Shown here piece after piece: positions 35,831 to 49,192 of a stretch of DNA of 64,000 nucleotides. The stretch lies in NCBI GenBank assembly GCA_965113315.1, contig OZ220366.1; one strand, given 5' to 3'. Numbering within the stretch: the first letter of the stretch is position 1; each line of letters begins with the position of its first letter. The position numbers and the translations under genes are program-made. Under the pieces are notes generated by a model. That model was not told the origin of the DNA. It saw only the letters and a program-made list of their open reading frames with translations, and did no database searches. The stretch comes from Podarcis vaucheri. Its lineage: Eukaryota.

Positions 35831-36674
35831 TCTCCCCCCCCATCTAAACCCATTTTTTATTCCTTTGCAGAAATGAGCCGCTGCATTGAGCTCACACAGT
35901 ATGCATGTTTTTGCACAGAATGACGTTTCTCCACCTTTGTTTATTTGCTGCCACTAGGCATGCATAACGAGCTGTGTAAAAGTGACTTTGCAAAGCATTT
36001 ACGACACATACTTGGACATGAGAGAACAGAAGTGGTTCACTTACATGGGGTGGGGAAGGGAGCAAGCTATTTTGGAAGTGGGCGGACATTTGTCCAAAGC
36101 AAATATACCTCATGCTACAAATATTGACAAGGGATTGCTGATCTTAATTATCTTTATTCCCATACCAGTCTTAAGGTTAGGATGGGCTTAACAGGACATC
36201 CTACAAATTAGACAGAAAGATGTTAGCCCCCTTGCTATTACATAAATAACACGTGTTGCAATGGAGGAGGGCAGGGGAAATAAAACTGGCACTCATTCTT
36301 GCTAGAGAACTAAAAGATTTATCCACTTTTCTCCTTTTTCTCTTGGGTGGTGTGTTAAGCGGTCACCCTAAGGGAAAACAGACCCCCCCTAGAGGAAATG
36401 GACTGATCGGAACTCGTCTGTGACATCGGCTCAGAATCCCAACCTCACTTTGCAGTTGAGGCCAACTCCAGTCTAGGCTCAACAGCCTTTGGGTGGCTTA
36501 GCTGTGACAGAATCGGGAAAACTGGGGCTTCAATTTATTTTAAAAATCACGACATATTAGACAGCGAGAAAGCGGGAGTGACAATCAGCAAAGTCTGAAG
36601 ATTAATGTCTGGGGAAATGGTGAGGGGACCAACAGGAAATTGCTAAGGGAGTTTTGAGTCCTTTTATTCTGTTG

Positions 36675-37068
36675 CAGTGGCAGAGGAAGTGGGGTGTGGG
36701 GGTTGGGGGCCGCCCCAGGTGTCATCACTGAGGGGGGTGGCAAAATGACAAAAATATGAATTAAAAAATGTAATAAAATTGGGCTCACACTTTTTAGTTC
36801 AGTCAACAAACGCGGCTGGCACTGGGTGCCACATGGCAGGGGCCAGCACTTACCAGTGCGCCCAAGCCACGCGTCTCTCCGTGGTGGCTGGGGGGCCTGC
36901 AGGCTTGGTGCTGCCTGAAACGGCAACATGGGGCTTGCGTCTGCCCACTGCCTCTCCCTCAGCCGCCCTACAGCTGAGGGGGAGGCGGCGGAGAGGCTCC
37001 AGGCAGCACCCCCCGCCCGCAGGACCCCCAAAATGCACTGGGCACCCGAGTGGCTAGTTATGCTGCTG
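36675..37068. mobile_element. hAT-like non-autonomous element, copy 1
   Basis: CAGTGGC...GCTGCTG ends with a perfect 8-bp TSD TTCTGTTG (36667-36674, 37069-37076). Confidence 0.75.
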
Positions 37069-38446
37069 TTCTGTTGTTTCAGTTATGGGTGCTTTGAGAG
37101 TTAATGTGCTGTGCTTGCTGCCTCACTCGTCCTGATGGACCAGCCCCCCATGGCGCCAGGGCTTTAGGGCTTCCCTGGAAAGCGGCACAAAGCGGGCAGG
37201 AGAGTTTGGCTTTGGGGTTCCTACCTGTCTCATTTTGGGTTGCTGTCCATCTCCCCTCTCCCCACCACCTCTGCCTGGTTCCTCCATCCTGTCTATGCCA
37301 ACAGTCATCCTCTGAGGACGGAGATCCCTACAACAAAATGGCTGGCAAGGAGGACAAGTCAAAGGAAGAGCCAGGCAGCCCCCTGGAGGAGGAAGGTGAA
37401 GGTAAGGAGGAGACCCCGAGACCCCAGTGTACAGATTTGCTCAGTCCTGAATGGGTAGGTGGCAGCGGCCTAAGGGGCGATTGGCAGAAGGGGAGGGGGG
37501 CGTATAAACCGCAGAATGGAAGGCAGCTAGAGGCCTTTCGAGGGTGACACCCCCTCCACAGTTATATTAATTTATTAGTTAAAACTACCACAATAATCAC
37601 TTCTACCCCCCTCTCCAGTAAAAAGGCTCCCAGAGCAGCTTGCAGCTCAGTAAAATGCAATACATTTCCCCTGCCCTCAGCCTGTCAAACTGAAAGATGC
37701 AACACAAAAGGAAAGAGGTATGAGGAGGGAAGAGGTTATATAATGTGAGAAACATGAGGCTGGACTAGGCAGATCTTTCCTACGAGTTATTTAGGAAAGA
37801 CAAGATTCTCTGAGGACATCTTGGCCTGCTCTGTCCTTCATATGTCTTGTGTTGCTATTTTTGTTTTGTTTATGTCCCACAGCTTCAGGAAATGGAAGAG
37901 GAAGAGGGGTCCCTCCAGGAGTGGCCTGGAAGAGAAGATAAATTTGAGGCGGTGGGCCCTTAAATAGGGTTGCCATATTTCAAAAAGTAAAAAAACGGAC
38001 ACCCAGGCCAATGGCCCACCTAGTCCAGAATCCTGTTCTCACTGTGGCCAGCCAGGGGCCCAAAGGGGGAACCCCCAAGCAGGATCCACGGTATCCATAG
38101 ATTTAGGAATAAGGAATGAAACTTAAATGGAAACACAAGCCATCATTCCACATTCAGGACTGAGAACTAATAATATAAGTTATTACTTGTAAGGTCAAAA
38201 AAAAATGGAGAATGATTTCACTTCTTGCTTCACAATTATGGTTTCCACACGTCCACAAATAAATGCAAAGATGAGAATGTGAAGGGTTCCAGTCGTTGAC
38301 ACAGGTTCAGTTTCCTTGAAATGAAGGTCAGCGGAGACCGTGGTGTCTTCAGGATGCATGGTTTTATATGCACAAGTACAACCTGAGCAGAGGCTACAAC
38401 CCAACAGATCTTGCTTCTCCATTAAGTCCTTATTTTATTTCTGTAG

Positions 38447-38839
38447 CAGTGGCAGAGAAAGGGGGGGTGCGGGGTGAGGGTTACCCAGGGTGTCATCATT
38501 GAGGGGGTGGCAACATGACAAAAAGCTGAGTTAAAAATTAAAATAAAATTGGGCTCACAAAACTTTTTAATTGCGTCAACAAACGTAATGAAATGCGGCT
38601 GGCACTGGACGCCACACTGCGGGGACTGGCACTTATTGCAGGGCCTGCAGCATGCCCAAACCACACTGCTCTCCTGGGAGTGATGTGGTGGCTTGGGCAC
38701 TTGCAGGCTCAACGCTGCCTGAAATGGCAGCGTGGGAGTTGTGTCTGCCCACCGCCTCTCCCTCAGCCACCCTAGAGCGCCCCCCTTCTGCAGGATGCGA
38801 GCCTTGCACCGGGCACCTGAGCGGCTAGCTACACCGATG
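38447..38839. mobile_element. hAT-like non-autonomous element, copy 2 (direct repeat of copy 1)
   Basis: Colinear with 36675-37068; flanks TTCTGTAG / TTATATTG. Confidence 0.7.
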
Positions 38840-39691
38840 TTATATTGTTTCAGTTATGGGTGCCTTGAGTTTTAATGTTTGGTTGTGTTTTTTAATTGCT
38901 TGTCTTTTGCATTGTAACGTTCATGATACTGGTTTTTATATTTTGGAAAGAGCTGTAATATGGCACACGAATTACTTCTTCCTCTTCCTCCGCAGTTGCC
39001 GTGATCTTCGTCAGAGTGCTCCCTTGTCTACATCTGACAGTCTGGGGGACTCCCTCAATGAGGTATGTAGCAGACAGAGCAGGAGGAAAGCTCTGCTGAG
39101 CTGCGCAAAGGCAAACCTGGGACTGGGGAGGAAGAGGAGGAGGAGGAAGCTGGCCTACCGGCCAGGCCACGTTCTGGACTGGTCGTGAGCAAGGGGACAG
39201 ACATCTTTATCTCTCTGGGCATTAATAGGTTCTAGGAGAGTGGTTAAAAACCAAGTAAGTCACAGGGGGGTGTTTCTTTCCACCGAAAGTAGTGAAAGGA
39301 ATTGATTTTGATTTCAAAATTTGCAGAGAATAAAGTTAGGAAAAATGGTTTTAAGTGCTTATGCTCACAATGTTAAGTAAATAAACTAGAAAATAACACT
39401 TGCAACGGTAAGTACCTTATTTTGCCTTCTTTTAATAATTTCAATGGGGGGGGGACACAAATTTTCCGCACCGGGTACCACCTGACCTTGCTACGCCACT
39501 GGCTACAGCACATGCAGCAACAAAGTATGGATTTTTGGAAGCTGCTCAGAGCCACTATAGCTACATATAGAATACCACTAAGATTGTTAAAGAATCACAT
39601 TTTCAATATTAGACTTGGAATCAAATAAGGTGGAATAGTTCACCATTTAGTATGTGTCTTTATAAGAATTAAAGACATGGACTTTCCAGTA

Positions 39692-39697
39692 TTTATT
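39692..39697 (-). terminator. TMCO3: Candidate TMCO3 polyadenylation signal
   Basis: Minus-strand AATAAA about 880 nt after the stop codon in AT-rich UTR-like sequence. Confidence 0.45.
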
Positions 39698-40575
39698 CAA
39701 TGTGACTAGATTCTGAGTTTTTCCTTCTTGCTATATAAATGATGATTTATCCAGTGAAGCAACACAAACCTAAACGTATCTTCCAAAAATAGTTTTAATT
39801 TAGTTTCAATGTCTATGTTTTGGTTTTGAACTATTAACATGATCAACACAATAAATTCTTGCTATTCATACTAAAAAGTCATTTCTGATCACAACAAACA
39901 TTTTTGTCAAAAAAATGTGAGACAGGTCAGTGTTACAAATAACTACATTATTTAAAATGCATCAATTAAGTGTAAATTTAGGCATATTAACTTTCAGTCC
40001 TTTGATAGCTGTAGTAGTTTTCAAGCTTATATTTGAATGAAAAAAATTAAAGTTTGTATAGCACTGAAAATATATATATATATATACTGTGGCCGTTAGA
40101 TTTGGATACTAACTTATGACATAGTTCTTTAACAGTGCCACAGGCACTATAAATGTTAATTAAACTTACTACACTGACTGTAAATAACAGGTTGTATCCA
40201 GCACTACACATGTGCAAGTGGAATAGACTTCTGCTCACACTATGGGACTTCAGTTTCCTCTCCCGCAGGCCCCTGTGTACCTCAAAATCTGCTCCAGGAA
40301 TGATTGGGGTGGAGCATAGGGGGAAAGAAAGGTTGGTGAAATCCCGTTGTGTGATCAGTGTCTTTCTTATGCAGTGCAGGATTCTGCCTGATTCTCACAA
40401 AAAGGCACACCAGTCAGTTATTGGAATTGCAGACTTTTTGTAAAAGAAATAAAGCTTTTTTGTGGGGGCAGACACACAGGTTCTTCCTCCCAAATTCAGG
40501 CTATGTAGTGTGGGAAATTCTGCATTTGTTGATTATAAAGATGCTTTCTTCATGAAAGATTTGTACTAAGTAACT

Positions 40576-40689
40576 TTAGGAAATTAATCGTCTTTCAGGT
40601 CTTGGTACGCATTTCATAATCGCAGCTCTCCAAAGTGCTGGTGCGAGCAATTGGCTTAGAGTAGTCACACTCAATATAAGGAGGTAGAC
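40576..40689 (-). CDS. TMCO3: TMCO3 last coding exon (114 bp)
   Basis: [37 protein letters not shown]. Twelve exons sum to 2037 bp (678 aa plus stop). Confidence 0.94.
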   Translation of the reverse strand, partial: VYLLILSVTTLSQLLAPALWRAAIMKCVPRPERRLIS

Positions 40690-42270
40690 CTAAAAATTGG
40701 GAAGCAAAATGTGTTATTTCTGTGAAGAAAAACAATCTTAGCAGAAACCCACTAAAGTATTCAAAGAGATCCTTCCACCAAGGCCAGTGTCTTCTATTCT
40801 GACAGTGGCTCTAGGCTAGGGTCTTGGGCAAAGGTCTTTCCCAGCCATGCTCCTGTGCATGCAAAGTACATTGTATGACGTAATTATATTTGCACACTTG
40901 TGATAGTCTTAATCCATTTCCCCCCCCCCAAAATCATGACATTTGCCGTGTTGCAGCCTTTGAATAATTTTGCCACAATACTTTTCAAAGGCATCACTTA
41001 AATGGGTGGAAATTTTTCTTGTACTAAAATAATACTTAGAACTGGCAGGTCATAAAAGTTCCATCTGGAGAAGCCATGACATCTTTACCTACCCAAACAC
41101 ACAGACAGATCAACGTCAACAAGAGAGTTTGAGAGATCAGGTGAAGAAGTAAATATTACTGGAGTAATGAAGTGTAACAGGCCATCTGATAGTCTTTGCT
41201 CTATATTTTTTTTAATCCCTTTTTTATCAAGTGGCTCTGAAACTGCTCCACTGGGTTGCCCATTATCTGCAAGCATTATTAATATAGTTTCATTTACCAG
41301 AGGTTGCTTACGGACCTCAGAATGAAAACTCTTAAGATCTCAGCAGTCCTCTTCATCCATCTGGGACCCATCCTTAGACTTCTCACTCACAGAAACATTA
41401 GGCTGCTTCTGATGCTACAGCATGAAGGTAACTAAGACAATAGTAACCTACCACTATAGACAACATAACCTACCACTCCACTTGTGCAGCAGATACTTAT
41501 TCAACCCCACAAGTAGATCACCACACAATGCTTAAAAGGGTTGTCATTATTGCTCTATTACCAGGACTTGGAAGATAGCACAACCAAGCTCAATATGCAA
41601 CAAGCAACATTTTATGGCAAGCCACGCCTTCTTATTCCTTTAATTATTACCCATCCAACATGCCCTTTAATATTTGTCAATCTACAGCTTAAATGCTACT
41701 AGAAGTTGAGGCTGGCTGAGTCCAGCTTTTGGAATACATGTATTTGACATGGCCTAATGAAACTTTTGTGCAAATTTCCCATTAAAGAAGAATGAACCCC
41801 CAAACAGCCTTGGGAGGCTGCAAGGTAAACCAAATGCAGGAGCTAGAATCTCTTCTCCCTTCTGAAGTTTTTGTTTCTTCCCATGGGTGGGGAATGCAGG
41901 CCACTATTTTGCAAGGGGGAAAACAGCTGGGTGGGTTTGAAAAAGAAATAGAATAGAGGTAAAATGTTAACCAGCTCTTCCCCCTCGCTTTCTTCTACTA
42001 ATGAAGCATTAAGACTCCAAAGCTGTTTCTATTTAAAAAGGGGGAAAAGCATAAAGAAGCTACTGACAACTGTGTATATAGCACCCAGTCTCAACATCCT
42101 TTAAGTTGACCATTTTACCATATGGTTTTATTACATGCTTCAAAGTGTGAAATGGCTTTATGGCTGTGTGGGGATTTGAACAGTGGTCTCTCCTCACCCC
42201 TAAGTCTGGCGCTTTAACCACACCACCAGCCTGGCTCTCCGTGATATGGCTTTATGACGTCATAGCTTAC

Positions 42271-42420
42271 CTCTCGAGAAATTATACCCGCTCTGCGCGC
42301 TCTGCTTCCCAAGACAAAGGAAAATTCACTGACTTGAGCCAAGCCTGCAGATACAATCCATTTGATGTACTGACTGCTCTTTGGAAGAATCATAGAAAGG
42401 ACAAGCACTGCCAGGAAAAA
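42271..42420 (-). CDS. TMCO3: TMCO3 coding exon 11 (150 bp)
   Basis: [50 protein letters not shown], with the CPA2 LAQxxEFxFV motif. Confidence 0.95.
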
Positions 42421-43457
42421 CTGAGAGAGAATGTTTTTAACAATGCAGTGGAAAAAACAGGAAAGTTTATGCTGCTTAAAATAAAATAAGATTAAGAAGT
42501 TATTTAATTAACCACAGTTAACTAGTTTATACTGATTAGCAGAACAGAACAGGTCAGATTGTAAGCTAGGTGATCTTTAAACAGCATACTAGATTAAATT
42601 TAAAGTGTTTAGGGTTGTATCTCAGCTTTGTAACAGTGAGAAAGCTGCTCACACAATAAGGCTGTCCCTTTTTCCACTGCAGACACACTGTGCCTTCCAG
42701 AGCCTCTGCTGAGGGGCAAGGCGTCCCACAGGTGAGACCAGGAATGTGGTGCAGGGGAATTAGTGAAAACTGGGGAGATTCCAAACAAATTTTCCCATTC
42801 CATTGCAACTCCTCACCACATTCCAGCTTCCAGGAGAAGCTTTTTGCAATGCTGGTGGCTACAGTAGTGAAGACTTCATAAGAAAGTTATTGCTTAAGTG
42901 GAACAACTCCTGAAAGAACTGGACACAATTCTTTCTCATTGATTCCAATAAACATGGGCTTTAACATAGAATGCCTGCTTAAATTTTATAGTTCTGGAAA
43001 AGTTTCAGTCCGGTAAAAAAAAACCCTCTACAAATGTATATGAAATAAGAGAAAAAGCTTACTGGCTTGTGAGTTGCATTTCTTTCAGCAGTTTGTACAC
43101 TTCTGATGGGATTAAATATAGCTTCTCTTCGTATATTTTAAGCCAATCTAGTGCTTTATACTAACATTAGAGATCAAAACTATATTAAGCATAATATATT
43201 AGGGAGGCTTGCCTGGCACCGATGCAGATATCTTTTCAGTACTACGTGAATATATTTCTCTCTTCCCAGACATTTAGTTGCTAGTTTTCCTGCTGTCATT
43301 GCTGACATTTTATCTGAGTAATCTTCTGTAGTTGGGCAATTGTTCTGATAACGGAATCTGGTAACTTTTTAAATATTATATTGTTTAATATAGAATTTCA
43401 GCCTATATATCTCACATTGGTATCTTACTGTTGTTGTTTCTTTGACTAATACAGATA

Positions 43458-43702
43458 CAGTGGTACCTCGTGTTACATACCGCCCCCCCCTTATGAAATG
43501 CTTCGGATTATGAATTCCGCTAACCCAGAAGTAGATGCCCCTTGTTGCAAACTTTGCCCCAGAATGTGAGCAGAAGTTGTGCTCTGGCAGCGTGGTGGCA
43601 GCGGGAGGTGCCATTAGTGAAAGCGCGCCTCATGTTATGAGCGGTTTCCAGTTATGAACGGACCTCTGGAACGGATTAAGTACGTAACATGGGGTACCAC
43701 TG
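43458..43702. mobile_element. Tigger/pogo-like MITE
   Basis: TA|CAGTGGTACCTCGTGTTAC...GTAACATGGGGTACCACTG|TA. Confidence 0.85.
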
Positions 43703-44027
43703 TAGTAATGATTAATAAATTACTACTGCATTATCACAATCTGCATTCAGCAGCCTGAACCAGAACCAAGGCTGCAGTCCTAATCTCACAAAACTGGGAG
43801 TATGCCCCACTGAATTCAGTAGGACTTTTGAGTAGACATGGATAGGACTAAAATAGAAACCTGTGGTTAGGTTCTTGTGGAAAAAAATCATCAGTTGTGT
43901 CCTTCATCTAGCATTCTTAAGCCACAGAATACCAGTTTCAGGGAATGGGGTTGCAGTCACCACAGTAACATAATACAAAATATCAATCTTATTCAATTTT
44001 ATTCTAAAGTACTGAATGTATATATAC

Positions 44028-44107
44028 CTTCATTATTACCACTGAAAGTGTAAGGAACAGCAAGACTGTGAGTTCATATATTACAAATGTAGGGAAAACA
44101 TGAAGAC
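44028..44107 (-). CDS. TMCO3: TMCO3 coding exon 10 (80 bp)
   Basis: (G)[26 protein letters not shown]. Confidence 0.94.
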
Positions 44108-44449
44108 CTGCAAGAGAAAAAGAAGCATCTTACAGCTATTCTGAGCTTTTTCTAAACATTGCAATATTTATAAAAGAGCACAGTGATGAAATATTGACAG
44201 GAATCTTTCTTAAAGCTTGTTGTTGAGTTAAGCATGCCATATTAAAGAATAATATTTTAGATGTTTTCATTTTACGCACGTTATTAGAGAGGTTGCATAA
44301 TTCAGGTGGAAGTACCATCCACCAGATGCAGTATTTCAGCCTACAGAGTCTGCTGTAGATGCTGTCTCTAAAGCATAGTAGTGATGCTTACTAGCTGGTT
44401 GTTCGTGAATTAGGTTTTAAAAAAAAAAAATCCTTTCAGTAATGTTACT

Positions 44450-45130
44450 AGGTGACTATCTTCACTGAGCTATCAACTTTGACCCAAGTCTCGCTTTTGG
44501 TCAGTTACTGCCAGCACAGACCTCATGAGCGCATATGTGAAATTAAGATATTTCTGCCCCTACATGCATCACTTCACACTTGTTTATATTGAATTGCATT
44601 TGCCATTTTACCACCCATTCGCTCATTAAAGAGATCCCTTTGAAGCATTTCACAATCCCTTTGAACCGACCCCAGTGTTGAATCATCAGCAAACTTGGCC
44701 TCCTCACTGCTCACCTCTAACTCAACATTGCTTGTGAACATGGCCCAATACAGATCCTTGGGAGGATTCCACTTCCCACATTCCTCGATCAGGACAACTA
44801 TCCATATATTCGTACTCTGCTTCCTGTTATTTAACCAGTTCCTGAGCCACAAGAGGACCTTGCCTTTTAGTCAATGATTGCTAAGCTTACTCAGGAGTCT
44901 TTCATGGAGGTACAGTACCTTGTCAAAAGTATTTTAAAAGTTCAGATGCACTATGGCAACTGGATCATATATGTCTATATACTTGTTGACACTCAAAGTA
45001 ATAGGTTAATACGATGGGGTGTACCCAGCCCAAATTTCCAAGATTCCCCTGAATCCCTTTTTAAAAATTGGTGGTACATTGGCCACTTTCCAGTCCTTAG
45101 GTATAGAAGCTGATTTGAGGGATGTTACAT
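44450..45130 (-). mobile_element. Degraded CR1 LINE reverse-transcriptase fragment
   Basis: Minus-strand remnants IPKDWKVANVPPIFKKG, WLRNWLNNRKQ, KFADD, CEMLQRDL. Confidence 0.85.
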
Positions 45131-45699
45131 AGGTTCCAATTTCTTGATCCACCTTGCTCCTAGATACCATGTCACCTTCGCTCCTGTAACTATTGGGACT
45201 TCTTTCCAGTCCCTGAGCTGTGTGATGTTTCAGTTCAGTTACAAACTGACAACTCCCCTTTCCCTCAGAGAATGTGAACTGCAAACACTCTGGGACATAA
45301 AGAGCTACTTTGGTTCACATAAGGAACTTTTATCAATCCAGCTCTTCAATTCCATTTCTTTTTATACAGTTCTGCATTCTATATCACAAACTGCTTGAAA
45401 GTCACTTTAATTTCATAGGTAGTTTGTCATGTATCATGGTGGTTACAGATCAAGAATAAGCCTAATGACTTTGGAAGATCCATAGTTCTTTGGAGTCTAG
45501 TCCAATAGTTTTGTCTACCTGAATAGTTAAAATACTCAAACATTCTGTGCCTTCACACCATCACCAGTTGATGCCAATAGGCTTCACAAGCACAATGCAA
45601 TTGAAATTTATCCTAGTTATTACAAATGTACATTGCTTTCCCTTTGGCTGTTATGCTGGTAAGAATAATAATCATTTATATATTTTTGTAATAAGTTAC

Positions 45700-45850
45700 C
45701 TATAGATGCAAAGAATATGATGGCAAGAAAGTCACGTATTGGTTCAATACAGGACATAATTTCTTCAGTAACCATATGACCCTGAGAAGATATAAGTGCT
45801 CCTGCTAGAAAACATCCCAATTCCATTGAAACATCCAATAGCTCTGTGAT
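45700..45850 (-). CDS. TMCO3: TMCO3 coding exon 9 (151 bp)
   Basis: [50 protein letters not shown](G). Confidence 0.95.
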
Positions 45851-47055
45851 CTGTAAGGGAGTGGAAAATATTTTTATTACTATTTTGTGCCTATTAATTA
45901 ACTTTTCATTAACCACCTTGCTTAAAAATTAAATATTACATGCAAATCTTTTATAACACTATCCTTGTTTAATGAAAGCACTATAATTTAAATAATTAAT
46001 GTTAGAGGAAATAAGCAATTTTAAGACTTCTAAAATTGTAATCTTTTTGTTAGTTATAAAATGGTCTCTACCATCTTTGATTACCTGTTAGCCCAGTTCC
46101 CTAAACACAATTTCACTGTAGTAAATCCACTTGAAATCCAAACTAGTCACACTAGCGTCTCTCATTAAATAAAAACAAAGGAAACTTACGATATTATTGT
46201 ATTTAGGATGGCAATGCAATGATCTAACTACAAGTGGCCGTGCACACTTGATTTTAAGAAATGTATATGAATTTTTCAAACTTACTTTTTATGCCATATC
46301 TGACACTAGTGCACTCAGAAATAATGCCTCAACACCAAGATATTTGCTTTTAGAAGCTTGTTTTATATTACAGAGAGGTTGCTGTGTAAATCTGTAGCAG
46401 CAAGGACAAAGAGTCTTCCTGCATCTAAAAGGCTAGTTTATTGTGGCATGCGCTTTCCTGAGCAACAGTGCACTTTCTCAGATGCATGATGTAACTGTCT
46501 AAATGGACAATATGTTATGAATACAGAGAGAGCAATAATTTTCTAAGAAAGGGAGGCCAAAGGCAATGCAAAATGATTAGATACACCTTCTGATCTAATG
46601 CATGTCAAATAACTGAAGAGTAAAAATGAACATAAGATCCAGTCAAGGTATTTGCTAAAATTTTGCATCTTTCTATGCCTCTTCATCACTCATTTCTTCA
46701 ATCTACCTGGTTGCATGGAAGGGCTAGTCTACATGGAATCAGTTAACATTTGGCTCTTCTCTTCTACCCTGCAGTTACCTTCCAGCTCCACTTTCCTGGC
46801 TTCTTATAGCCAATCCAGGAAGGAGAGGTAGCACTGCTTATCAGCTTCCTCCTCCTTAGTCTTAGCTGTAAAACCCAACAGAAAAGAAGTTGGCTCTGCC
46901 TGTCATTGGCTCTAGCGCCACCTGCTGTTGACCTCCCTGTCATCTGTCCTACTGGCCCAAATGGGTACCAGCCAACACTGGGGGGGGGGGGGCAGGAGAT
47001 TTAATGACTCTCCTTCTCATCAAGTTGACATAACTTCCCAAAGACAACCCAGATA

Positions 47056-47382
47056 CAGTGGTGCCCCGCAAGATGAATGCCTCGCAAGACGGAAAACCCA
47101 CTAGACAAAAGGGTTTTCCGTTTTTGAGCTGCTTCACAAGACGAATTTCCCTATGGGCTTGCTTCGCAAGATGAAAACGTCTTGCGAGTGTTCCGATTTT
47201 TTTTCGCTCCCTCCCCTTTTTCTAAGCCGCTAATAGCCTTTTAGCCGCTAAGCCTTTAATAGCCGCTAAACCGCTAATAGCGCCAATCCGTTAAGCCGCT
47301 AATAGGGTTGCTTCGCAAGACGAAAACCGCTAGACGAAGAGACTCACGGAACGGATTATTTTCGTCTTGCGAGGCACCACTG
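47056..47382. mobile_element. Tigger/pogo-like MITE (family of 7249-7663, inverted)
   Basis: TA|CAGTGGTGCCCCGCAAGA...TCTTGCGAGGCACCACTG|TA; internal AGCCGCTAA(T) array. Confidence 0.88.
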
Positions 47383-47746
47383 TAACAGACTTTGACTCAG
47401 ACATGGCAGGCCATGATGTCTGCAATAATGGCAGCTATATGGGTGGAACTTTAGCTATACAATGAAGGAACTTTAAGCTAGGACTGTGTACGCATAAGCA
47501 TTTTAAGCTATGCACAAGCATTTTTATGAGCAGCCAGCTTTCTGACTGGTCCAATATTTATTTAAAACTGGTTATTAAATTGGTTATTAAATTTGTTGAC
47601 ATAATTTTTTAATGTAATTTACATATTCACCTATGAAGCCAGCTTCCATGAATGAAATCTACATTTTCTCCTGGAATTATTTTCAAAATTAATATATCAT
47701 CATATCATGTGCAAGTTAAAAATGAAGAAATATTTGGAAAAATTAC

Positions 47747-47942
47747 CGTTAACATAAGGAACATAAAAGCAGATATTCCCAGAACTAGAATTTCCTTATT
47801 TCCTTTGCTTTCCGTATGCAACTTGCGGTAGTATGGTCCTATTAGATAAGTCTTTAAAACAAGACATATAAGCAAGGCAGCAGCCAAAGAAAAGAGAATT
47901 TGTCCAATCAGCATCAATATTCTCAGTATTTCCTTGATGGTG
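47747..47942 (-). CDS. TMCO3: TMCO3 coding exon 8 (196 bp)
   Basis: (S)[65 protein letters not shown]. Confidence 0.95.
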
Positions 47943-49192
47943 CTAGGGAAAAAGAAGAAAAAGTCACGTTCAGTGTCATTCTAAAAGCCCTCTTAAAATG
48001 TTTTTTCTTATTAAACAGAAAAATGTGTGCATAAATCTATCTGTCATTTACAGTTTCCTAACCTGCAATTCCTGCAAATGTTAGACTACAACTCCCATCA
48101 TTCCTAATCACTGGCCACACTGAAGGGGTCTGATGGAAGTTGGAGTCCAACAGCATCTGGAGAACCACAGGTTAGCCACACCTGATCTTAAAAAAAAAAC
48201 AAAAGCTGACTTGGGGAATATTTAAGCTAGAATAAAAGTTGAGCCTTATCTAATAAATATTTTTGAAAGTGGTGTGTCTGTTTGCCCTGCCCTCTAAGCA
48301 TTTGAATGCCTCTTGAGATATCATGTGGAAGTTCCTGAGGAGGAGGAGGAGCCAGTTTTTTGTCTATGTTTAGCATTTAGCATTTAGAATCAAGATGATG
48401 AACCAAAATGTTCCACACTGCACCAGTGCCAAAGGATAGGAAAATATCACTGCCCACTTTGGCATAATGGTTCCAGAGAATGAGGAGTGTGCTTTGGCCT
48501 GCATTTGGATACTGTCACGTGCCATTTAGAATCCAGATGTCAGACTGAACTGTATAAATTCCACCAGTTTGGACGTCACTGAAGTTACTGTTGCCCAATT
48601 CAGCACGACAGTTCCCATGTTGAATTTGGTCTACATTTGGATACCACCGGACACCATTTTGATCCAGCTGGTATACTGAACCATTCAAAACTGCTACTAA
48701 AAATGAGCTAAAAAATGAGCTACTAAAAATATTTATAACCTAATTAAATTGACATCTGAGTCACAATATAAAGAGTATTAGGATGTATTTAACATTTAAG
48801 CCCTATGCATGTACAATTGATAGCATGCACCAGTTTCTTGGCCAGTGCCCTCTTCAGGAACTTACATATCAAACTCAGTGAAATTCAAAGAGCAGTTTGA
48901 AGGTAGAAGAGCCAGACTAATGAAAAGAAAGTTGACATAGAAACTCCAATGTATTTACGGTTCCCACTCATTTGCACCTCTGAACTGCAGGATGGAAAGC
49001 CAGTAATTATGTACCATATGTCAACAGTAAATTAGTTATTAGATGTATGATAAAACACTTCATTGCATTCACACTTTAAGAGACATGCAGCATGAAGGAA
49101 AATAAGCATACCATGTACACAGTCTTGAAATCTTTGGAGAAAAGGAAGGCTAAAAATGTAATGAATAAAAGCAAACAAATGAACTTTGTTAC

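Noticed and set aside
33674-35843. Many overlapping 70-160 aa Pro/Gly/Arg-rich ORFs on both strands
   Set aside because: Expected from stop-codon scarcity in a CpG island; low complexity and no recognisable domain.
47222-47305. Short AGCCGCTAA repeats with variable spacers, superficially CRISPR-like
   Set aside because: Eukaryotic locus, units of about 10 bp inside a MITE, no unique spacers and no cas genes.
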